From Dimorphilus gyrociliatus (taxonomy: Eukaryota > Animalia > Annelida): a stretch of 64,000 nt of DNA. The notes under the pieces are model-generated. The model did no database searches. It was not told the origin of the DNA and was given only the letters and a program-made list of their open reading frames with translations. Both the position numbers and the translations under genes were made by a program. This document shows, piece by piece, positions 38,158 to 48,477 of this stretch (the first letter of the stretch is position 1; each line of letters starts with the position of its first letter). Location: the NCBI GenBank assembly GCA_904063045.1, contig CAJFCJ010000009.1, forward strand, positions 352,942-416,941. Direction: 5' to 3'.

Positions 38158-38819
38158 TCAAAAATAATAATCATCAAATGGCATAAAACCATGGTAATTG
38201 TGCTGATGTCTTACTCCATAAACTTCATCTCTTAGCAATGGCCCGTAGACGTTAGGTATCGGTTTCTTGTATTGAGTAGACGTCATTGCATTAGAAAATT
38301 CATACAAATTTTTCGCTCCGTAGGTTTCGCTCATTCGTTTCATACCAAAGGCTCTCTTAGCCTCAGTTGGCGGTAAACCTTGCCTATTCCATTTAGGGAG
38401 GGGTGGCTTCACTGAGGGTTTGTATGCAGGGGCATTAGGACCTAATTTATAATCAATTTTACGTTCTACTGGTGCTCTTGGGTCAAGTCTAAAAAATTCT
38501 TCTCTCCATTCAGGATATTCAACATTCCACGGTCTTGATTCTTTATAGTAAGTGTAAAATGTATCACCAGGATTGGTATATTTATCAGCTTCAGTTCGCC
38601 TGTAAAGAAAATTATTTTTTTAGGCCTACAGCAAAAAAAAAGCGAATTTGTTCCTCCCTTTCTTTTTTTTTATAAAAAAGAAAACTCGAGGGAAAGCAAC
38701 CTTAGAAGTGCCGGTGGGTTCGGATAAGTAGGTACGTGAGGTGGGAATCTGGACCAGTTTGGCTCGTATCTTGATTTTGTTACTGTACAAGTATGAGCTC
38801 CCTTAACTGTTGCCGCCAT
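38158..38819 (-). CDS. Uncharacterised Pro/Tyr/Arg-rich protein (~185 aa, 2 exons)
   Basis: MAATVKGAHTCTVTKSRYEPNWSRFPPHVPTYPNPPALLR/RTEADKYTNPG...FMPFDDYYF*, with a canonical intron near 38701-38600. Confidence 0.75.
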
Positions 38820-38836
38820 TTTTGTTATGGTTAGAT

Positions 38837-38849
38837 ATTGCTTGGCAAC
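38837..38849 (-). promoter_or_regulatory. X-box (RFX)-like element
   Basis: GTTGCCAAGCAAT on the minus strand, in the 134-nt spacer between two divergent ATGs. Confidence 0.4.
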
Positions 38850-38953
38850 CTGTTTTCAAAACAACACCTACCTGATCAAACTAAACAAGAGCATTAAAAA
38901 AAAGGAGAAAAACTATATTATACTGCATAAAATTTGGATAGACAGTTTCCATA

Positions 38954-39507
38954 ATGTCTCTAAGCCTAGTCGATCCAACTGTAACACATTTGAGACATAG
39001 ACCCCCTCCACTGGCCTATATACCGAAACAATGGTAAGACTAATAACTTTATATTTCCCAGAAAGATTTTTTAAAAATCTCTTACTTAATTGAATTCTCT
39101 ACAGGCAAGCAGATCACAGCACTCCAAGTCCTTATCACAGTAGTCACTGCGATCGTTCTTATGGCGCATGGAGAAAATGGGGCTCAGCCATGCCAGACAT
39201 GTATGCAAGAAGTTCAACAGCTACCCACCCCGATTGGTACCAGCGACGAGTCGATACTATTCGTTCGGCTGATACAAAATACCGTCTTTGGTCATGGGAG
39301 AAAACTGATCGTCCACATGAAAAGCAAACATTTAATAACGATCACAAGCAGATGATACCGATTTATAAAGGCTTTCAAGCTGTACCCAGAGATATTCAGG
39401 GTCAGGTAGCTATGCCAAAATGGGGTATATATCATCCAAATTCTTATCAAGAAGGAGCCCGTGTTGAACCTCTACCACCGCTAAGAACTCATACAAAACA
39501 TATATGA
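38954..39507 (+). CDS. Uncharacterised Pro/Tyr/His/Trp-rich protein (160 aa, 2 exons)
   Basis: Exon 38954-39033 (MSLSLVDPTVTHLRHRPPPLAYIPKQ) splices in frame to 39105-39507 (WQADHSTPSPY...PLPPLRTHTKHI*). Confidence 0.75.
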
Positions 39508-40417
39508 TTAATATTATGTTTAAATATGGAAATTCCCATCTTAATATTAAAAATAAAAAAAAAACTACTTCTACTGAAAGCTTTTCTCTTTTTTATTAGT
39601 TTTATATAGTTGCAATTCTTTTGTTAAGTTGGTATTTTATCATGCTTAGATTAACAAATAAAAAGGCTCAAGGCGCTATTCTTTTTAATCATTAGTCTTA
39701 AAGGTATTTTAACTTGTTTACCGAATTGAGAAGTTTATAAAAAAAAGTTGTATTGCAAAGGTACCGGAAGAGAGCTAGTGAATATTCACTACTAGTCATG
39801 ACTCGTCTTTTGTATAGAATTTAAATATGCTGGATTTTATGCTTGCCAACACTCTGTGACAAGCTGTTCAAGAACCAACGTTGCTTTTATTCAAACGTTC
39901 AAATTTAGCATATACACTAAAGTAAGTTACAACTTGAATCTTTTATGTAGGTTAACGTAGAAAAAATGATTTTAAAGCGTTGTTGATTTAATAGTTTTTC
40001 TTTTATTCGTATAAAACATTGTCTAACCTGTGTTCGAAAGCCTTTGATTTATAACAAATTTCATAGGAAAGATTAAGGATTTTCTTAATAGATTTAGATA
40101 TTGGCTATTAATTCGATTAAGAAATAATATTGATAGCAACAAGGACGACGTATACGTTAACAACGTATACTAAAAAAAGGGAATATATTAATATGCACTA
40201 AACAGATTTTCCTAAGCTTTATACAAATAAAAATAGAAGTTTGCGTCCAATATTTTTTATACACTGCTTTTTTAGTCACTGCTATATATTTTTATTTCTT
40301 AGCTTTTCCATTCAAAATCCCAAAGGCCTGTACCTTTGCGACGCTATAGGCCAAATCTATGGCATGCTATTGAATCATATACCTTTTTCCTCTTAATCAT
40401 ATTACCCTACCTCACAG

Positions 40418-40724
40418 ATGACTTTAAGCGATGAAGAACTCACCAACATTTTCTACCAGTTGGACACAGACAAAAGTGGTTTAGTTGACAGAAAAGAAAT
40501 AAGAGTTATGGTTGAGAAGATCGTCAATCAACACCGTGACAAATTAGGTTCGGAGGCTAATATTCAGGCCCAAATCGAAGTAAAAAAATTGATAGCTTAA
40601 TTAAAGCCTATTGTTAACTGTACGTTTCTTAATTTAGTTCCTTATGGGGAAATTTGATGTCAATCAGGATGGACAAATCACACTCAAAGAATTTATTGAG
40701 GCTTACAGAGGAGCTAAACGCTAA
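40418..40724 (+). CDS. Small two-EF-hand calcium-binding protein (82 aa)
   Basis: EF loops DTDKSGLVDRKE and DVNQDGQITLKE; intron 40580-40637. Confidence 0.88.
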
Positions 40725-41321
40725 AACCAACCAAAAGACGGATATCTAATCTGAATACGTAAAGCCTTTTTGGTGAAGCGTGAAAATTTTTTGACTAATA
40801 CTTTTTCGTCTGATGCCTAATAATAAAGCAGCAACTAAAGCGAATTACAAGCTTCGGCTATTATATCGATACTTATGAAATAATATTTCGAAACACTATT
40901 TCGGTTAATTAAAATGTTAAGTGCTATAGAATCAGAATAACTACATAAATTCGATGCCTGCCTTAGAACCTTTAATCAATTTGAAAAAAAACACTTAGGG
41001 TAGTTTTCTGTGTTTCAAGCAAACAAGATCGTATAATATTGTAACTTTTTTATTGTATAAGCACTCAGGAAACTTTGAAGCACGGAAACGGAATTAGGTC
41101 GATTTGCAGTTGTGGAGATATTGCATGTTTTATAGTCCAATAATTGTTTACTATATATATATATTCCATAAGTTTTGCTGTAAAAAATCTTCTAGTAAGA
41201 TTAAGCAGATGATAATTTGCCTATATCTCTACGAATGATCAAGTTTAAAGACATATTAAATTCATTCGTCAAAGCTTTATTGCGAGTCAAGACAACAACA
41301 GGAAAGACGCAATTTCAACGT

Positions 41322-43354
41322 TTACTTTCCTCCTTTTTTCGACTTCTTAACTGGCTTCTTCTTCGTAATACGTCTGGGTCTCGCTTTAGAACCTGATTCA
41401 TCAACACTCGTGATCTGTAAATTACGTCAAATATTAGAAAATATCTAGTGGCCAACTTTTCAACTACCTATACTAATAAAATAAAAAAAACCCTTCAAAA
41501 AAATATCTGTCACCAAACAAATAAAAAATAAAATTCATACACATAGCTTATAATACTTCTGCTGAAAATTTAAGCGTTTCTGTTTGAAATAATTTAACTC
41601 TAAAGTGAACCGAATTTCAACAGACAAAAAGATTGTTCAATACCTCATCAATTTCACTTGAATCCAACTAAGAAGCATAAAATGAAAATAAAACTTAAGC
41701 GTTTGGTGACAACAAAAGAATCAAATTATTAGTCGACTTTGGAGAATATTTTACGAATGGTGACATCAAAACTAGGGTACTTTTGCGTAATAATTATGAG
41801 ATTTACTTACTCCACGTTTCTTATCTCTGATTGCCTGTCTTTCGATTCTTCTCTTTTCATTTGTTAAAATCGCATTTCTCTTTTGAACAATGGCGTATGG
41901 GTTCAATTTCTGCATAAGGCGTATGTTCTTCAATGGATTCTTTTTCTGGATCTTCTTGTGTGGATTCCTCTTTGGCTTCTCCAACGACTTTACAACATTT
42001 TGGGCTCGGAGAAGTCTACTTAAATCTGAGTTTGTCATTTTAGACATTGGGAGGTTATAGTTCGATTTTTCAGTAGACTCGGATTTCCATGTTCCGTAGA
42101 TGGAGTCTAACTTTTTGAAGGCTGAAGACATCCAAATACAAAAACGACCGACATGGCCACCAGGTGCGATTTTAAGGATATTTAATCGGTTTACATTTAA
42201 AAGTGTGATACCAGGGATGTTTCTGAAGGCTCGTGTTAAACCGTTGTCTTGGCTGAAAAGTAAAAAAAGTAATTTTAAGCGCTGCTTATAGTAGAAGCAA
42301 TTCTAGTTTCTTTTTCTTAAATCAGTGCCATTATGGGTAAATTCACGGTTATCAGAAACACGGACCAATGGTTAATATCATCATGATAAATTAATTTTTA
42401 TATATTTTCACAAAATTTTACTTACGCGTAGATGACAACGGGGCCTCGCTTCTGAACTCTTCGGCGATTTCTTAACTTTCCTTTACCAGCTCTCATTCTT
42501 CTTGACGCCTTAACTTTTTCGACGTCTTTGTAGGCTTTTAGTTTTCGGAGAACAGCAACAGCTTCCTTAGTTTTCTTCACTTCTTGTACATTGTCAGACA
42601 ATACCAAAGGTACTTCAGGAACTTCTTCGATTTTATGTCCCTTGCTCATGACGAGGGATGGGATTCCAGTGGCGGCGATAGCCGAACACATGGCGTATCT
42701 TCTCTGGTTAGTATTGATACGTCTGTGCCAGCGACGCCATGTTTTTGTTGGTGCAAACATTCTACCACCACGGCACATGTTTCCAAATGCACCCTGTCCA
42801 GAGCGGTGAGTACCGCCTCCTCTTACACGAGGAATTCGAGCAACAGCTCGTCCGGTTCCCCAAGATTCAGCCGAGGTTTGGTGTCCTAAAAAAAAATCCA
42901 CGTGGTAAATTTTTTGGAATGAAAATTGCTGCACAGATTCCTAAACTTTACTTTAGGCTTTTGTGTTTAAAGTTGTACGTATATGTTAAGTTAATTGACT
43001 TGAGTTTTGGCAAAAATATATAGGTTACTGAAAATTCTTCACTGACCGGCTTTTTCCGAAACAGCATAAGGCTGTCTTGTATTCTTCATCATTTCATTGT
43101 GAACGAAGTTCACAATATCGGGCCTAATTGGGGCCTTGAATACAGCCGGCAAAGTAATGTTGGTCGAAGTTGCTTCGCCTTTCTCATTGTACACTGTGAT
43201 AAGTGGTCTTGCTGCCTGAAAAAAATCACATTCTAAGCATATAAAATAATTTTAGCGCTTTAAAACTACGACATTACTATTAGTTATATTTTTAAGAGTA
43301 ACTTCAGCATAGTTAGCAAGAAATAATGGTAGAAAAGACGCAATAAATTACCAT
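41322..43354 (-). CDS. RPL4: 60S ribosomal protein L4
   Basis: [16 protein letters not shown]...[50 protein letters not shown]...KLNPYA...[17 protein letters not shown]...KKGGK*. Confidence 0.98.
42322..42384 (-). ncRNA. SNORD18: Intronic box C/D snoRNA, U18/SNORD18-like (LSU guide)
   Basis: Minus strand: C box ATGATGA 42384-78, D' CTGA 42355-52, D box CTGA 42325-22. Guide TTGGTCCGTGTTT is antisense to LSU AAACACGGACCAA. Confidence 0.88.
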
Positions 43355-43401
43355 TTTTAGCAGAGCTCCAACAACGTGGTCAAAATGGCTGACACGCAAC
43401 C

Positions 43402-43411
43402 GGAAAAAGGA
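43402..43411 (-). promoter_or_regulatory. TCT/5'TOP initiator of RPL4
   Basis: tcctttttcc about 50 nt upstream of the ATG, followed by a YY1-like GCCATTTT. Confidence 0.6.
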
Positions 43412-43692
43412 CGATTTCAGGTTCCGGTCTGTATTCCTGCGCTTCTTTCGTAAAAATCCGCTTTATTTATTCTTCTTTTTAATGACGATTATACTTTAAA
43501 AAAAATTATTTATTTTTTTGAGATGATTCAGGAATTTTTTAGACTGAGAATAAAATGAACTATTTTATATTGTATAAGGCATACTTCCGCCGAGAGAAAT
43601 ACACGTCGTCACTGTTGAAAACAATCTCTTGAAAAACAGCTTCGATAAACGATAATTGCTACAAATTTAGCATATAAAGGTCATTACTTGAA

Positions 43693-44953
43693 ATGACTAC
43701 CAATGAAATAGGGGATTGGTATCGGGGTATTCCTCAGATCACCCGATATTGGTTTACAGCATCAGTTGTCTTGCCCCTGATGGGGAAAATAGGATTAGTT
43801 AGCCCCATGACAATGATATTGGATTCGCACCTTCTATTATCAAAGTTCCAGGTATTAACATTTGTGTAAATTATCAAAATGTGTTTCATCAAGCTAACTT
43901 CAGATATGGAGACCGCTTACGGCTCTCATTTACTACCCAATCATGCCTCAAACAGGATTTCACTACTTGATAAATTTGTATTTTCTTTACTCTTATTCTT
44001 CGCGACTAGAAACTGGATTATTCGATGGAAGGCCTGCTGATTACTTATTTATGTTGATAATCAACTGGATTTGCCTTGTGGTATCCTTTTTTTAAAAATG
44101 AATTTTAACTTGACAGAGCAAGATCAATCAATTTTAACCTTTTACATTTCCTTAACCATATAATTTTTTAGTTTATAGGATTAGCTGCCAGCTTAATGGT
44201 TAGTACTTTTAAATGTTTAAATCCTTAAAGTATTGTATAGCCAGCTCCAAAAAAGTTTAATTTGTCTCTTTGAGAAATAGAAAGTTCAGTTTATTTGTAT
44301 ATAAGTAACATTTTTCATAGTTTACTATGTATTTTTAATATGGTTCATATGTACTTACCAATTTTTATTTCATAAAAATTTGCTTTCTCCCTAGCTACTT
44401 ATGGATCCAATGATACTTAGCGTTATATACGTCTGGTGTCAAATCAATAAAGATCAAATAGTATCTTTTTGGTTTGGAACTCAATTCAAAGTTTGTTTTA
44501 TCTTTTAGCATTGTTTCTCTTTATTAATTAATTGAAATTTTCTAGGCAATGTATTTACCCTGGGTCTTGGCAGGATTTAATATGATTCTAGGAGGGTTGG
44601 TTAAAAAGAGAATACTAATTTAAAATACATAATTAAAAATTTAATTTTGTGATTAGGGGTATGAGCGAATTGTTTGGAATATTAGTGGGCCATCTTTACT
44701 TCTTTATCATGTACAAATATCCTCAGGAATACGGTGGTAGAAGTCTACTCTCTACACCAGGATTTTTGTAAGATATTATAAATTCTTTATGTTCATTATT
44801 AATAATTATAATACTTTTTTTTAAATTAATAGATATAGTTTTTTTCCTAACCGTCGCAATACGGCAGGATTTGGTCAAGCGCCGTCAAGACGAACAGAAG
44901 AAGATAGAGGAGGTCATAGGTGGGGTCGAGGAAATACCCTCGGTGGAAATTAA
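43693..44953 (+). CDS. DERL1: Derlin-1 (multi-exon; missed by the ORF track)
   Basis: MTTNEIGDWYRGIPQITRYWFT.../IWRPLTALIYYP...YLINLYFLYSYSSRLETG...PADYLFML; C-terminal SHP box RWGRGNTLGGN*. Confidence 0.93.
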
Positions 44954-45613
44954 ACTACTGTACAAGATTGTTGAGAAAAATGTTTTCTTGTCTGTGTATA
45001 GGTGTATTTTATATGTTATATGCGATACTAGAAATACTGGAAGATTATTTATAAGTAATAAGTCATTAAAATGCCGATTGTTGCTCGATCAATTTACGAA
45101 ACACAAGGGGGAACTACAATCTGGCAGAACATCTAATGCAAACATTTTTCTTAATTATTTGTCAGTTAAAAAATTGTTTCATTAAGTACATTGATATCAT
45201 AAGAGCAATATAAAATATACTATGTGGTACAAAATTAATATTAAGATTTTTTGGGTGAAAAAATCTTTAATCCATATTCTATCGAAGAAATAATGTTCAA
45301 ATATTGAACTATTGTTTGTTATAGTTAATTGAAAATTTAAGTTATTTAAAAAATAAATAAAGTATTTATTTTATTTTAACTTCTAGAGGGCGCATTTTCA
45401 TTCTATTTCAAAAAATTTTGGCGCCATCTGCCTCAAATTGATTGATCATCTTTAGAGTTAAGTGATCCTTCAAGTTGATATTACAGGATCATAAATAATA
45501 AAGATCCGTCAGAGAGAGTCTGTGCCCAATTTGTATCCGGTGTGATAGCAGTATTTTAAATTATAGTTTTTATGTGTTTTTAATTCTGAACAACTCTGAG
45601 CGATAAATGAGAT

Positions 45614-48189
45614 ATGTGGTCAAGTGATGACGAATGGGTAAATGATGCCAATATACTGGATCCTGGAGGTAATAAGAAACTGTAGTCCAGATAACATTAA
45701 AACTAATTTCTGTAATCAACTAGATAACAGTATTGATACTACTATCCATAAGACAAAAGACAAAGAACTATGCTCCTCCAGTAACGATTGCGAAATCTCT
45801 GCATCAAATTTCACTGCAGGAGAACCTCAAAGTTATCCCATTAATTCAGCTCAAGAAAAAAAGACAAAGTTGGAAAGTGAGAGACAGAATGATAGTAGAT
45901 CCTCCACTGATATGAGAAATATCCATGTCGAAAAACCCATATCAAGAATGGCTTTAAATGATAATAAAGCTGGCATGCAAGGCTTGGATAAAGAAAAAAT
46001 AAATAAAATCATTCACGAAGCATCGAAAGGTAGGTTTGATGATGCTGTAGTGTGGATCGAAAAACTGTAATTATATGAACAATCTTAGGGTCTAAGTTTT
46101 ATCAAAATGAATTAAGAAAAGAGAAACAATTAGAAGAGAGAGTTAAAAGGCAAAGAGCTCAATTAAATAAGTTTACAGAAGAGCAGATTGAAGCCGCAAG
46201 GAAAAAAGTGAGTGGAATCAAAGGAAGGAAAGATTATAAATAAAGTTAATACAGTAATTTATTTTTCAATTAGGCCGACAAAGTTTTGGCCGAATTGGAA
46301 GCATTCAGGGACCTTTCTAGAATAATGGTCCATGTTGATATGGATATGTTTTATGCAGCAGTAGAAATGAGAGATGATCCTTCTCTTAGAGAAAAGGCAA
46401 TGGCTGTTGGAGGAAATTCGATGTTGGTATGTAGCTAAATTAACACTAATATCTTAGAAAATATGATTCTACTTCAGAGTACTTCCAACTATATTGCTCG
46501 CCGTTTTGGCGTAAGGGCAGGAATGCCTGGTTTCATTGCAAAAAAGCTGTGCCAAGACCTTACTATTATTCGGCCCCATTTCTTTAAATATAAAGCTGTT
46601 AGTAAACAAGTTCAAAAAGTGTTTGCAACTTATGATCCAAATTTTTCAATGATGAGTTTGGATGAAGGTTATTTAGATTTTACAAGTCATATGCAATGGA
46701 GACGTGAAAGTGAAGATTCAGAGAGAACTGTACCTGTTGTTTGGAGGAGTGAAGAAATGTGTTTTTGCGAAAAGTATTGTCCTAAATATGTATACGACGA
46801 AAATCAAGGTCAGGAAGAAATCCCAGAGAAAAATGAGGATATCTCATCCAGTCCTGATTTATTTGATGAGGATGATAGTAATGAGGAAAATATAAAAGCT
46901 AGTGGAGAAAATTTACCAGATTTTTGTGAAAATTGTGAAAAAAGAATTTTCAAAACAGCACCATTTGATGCAGTTCTTTTTGGGCTGGATATAAATGAAG
47001 CAGTCAAGGAAATGCGCTTTCGTATTGAACAATCAACACATTTAACTGCCAGTGCGGGTAAAAACTTTTGTATATATTCGCTTGTTATCAGAAATAGCTA
47101 TGATAACGTCTCCTCTGTAGGTATCGCTCCAAATACTCTGTTGTCTAAAGTGTGTTCAGACATGAACAAGCCGAATGGTCAATATCGAGTACTTCCAACC
47201 AGGGAGGACGTAATCAATTTTATCGATGAACTACCAATACGAAAGGTAAATAATATTATGTTTGTTTATCAACGACATCGAATAAATTATTTAACTCTCA
47301 GATTAGTGGAATTGGTAAAGTTTGTGAAAAAATGCTATCAGGAATGGAAATTAAATACTGCCAAGATTTGTTCAAAAAACGAGGAGAATTACAATTAATA
47401 TCGTCTGACATTTCATTTCGTTATTACATGAAAATCTCCTTAGGAATAGGTTCTACTTTTGTTAGCAGGTTTCTATTCAAAACTAGAATAGAACTATTAT
47501 TATTTATTATAAGATATTTAATTCAAAAGTATTTTCTTTATAGCCATGGAGAAAGAAAGAGTATGAGTGTAGAAAGAACTTTTAGAGAAATGACTGATAG
47601 AGATGAAATGTATAAGAAATGTTTAGATTTGTGTAATGAACTTGGAGGAGACTTAAAAAGACATAACTTAGTGGTTTAGTATTCTAGTTTCAAAATAATA
47701 TTTAAATGATTAACTTGTATGCTGCAGGGTAAAACGATTACTCTCAAGATAAAGAAGTCTGATTTTTCTGTTAAAACAAAGGCTCAAACAATAGCGAATT
47801 TTACGGATGATTATGAACTAATTTTCAAAACTGCTTATGATTTATTAGAAACTGAAATAATGAATTCTAAATTGCTGAAACTTAGACTTATGGGTGTGCG
47901 AATGTCAACTTTACAAGAAAGTAGCAAAATAACCAGTAAACAGAACGATATTAAGGGATTTTTAACAAATATGAAAAAGAAAGTTGCGAAACGAAGTGCA
48001 GAAAAACCAGATCTTATTAAGAAGGGACTAAAGCGAGATGCTGAAAAACGAGAAACTATCAACATCAAAAGAAGGGCCTCAAATAATTTAAAAGATATGT
48101 TTGCTAAGATAAAAGAGACTAGAAAAGTTGAGGCCGATGATGAAGATGATATTATAGTTGTCTATGAGAAAATAACTGATAAAAAATAG
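45614..48189 (+). CDS. POLK: DNA polymerase kappa (Y family)
   Basis: [104 protein letters not shown]. The start codon is inferred. Confidence 0.95.
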
Positions 48190-48477
48190 AATATTTTATT
48201 CGAAAATCTAATATTCTTCCATGAGATTTTTTTCTATTATATCTACTTTTATAGGTAAAGAGTTTCAAATATCGAAACATTGAGTATATATATATATATA
48301 TATATATAGATTTTCTACTTTTTCTACGATATTGATCATTTTAAAGGTCATTTCTTTTTATGAAATTTTTTAAAGCAAGAAATAAAGAATTTATTTAAAA
48401 TTTCTTTTAAATAGCTTTTTTAGTGTAGAAATGAAAAATAAATGAAAAAAAAGAAGCATAACCGAACAATTATATTC

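Noticed and set aside
41580-41623. Hairpin (CTGTTTGAAAT/ATTTCAACAG) in the last RPL4 intron as an H/ACA snoRNA
   Set aside because: No convincing second hairpin with a correctly spaced ACA box, and no identifiable pseudouridylation pocket.
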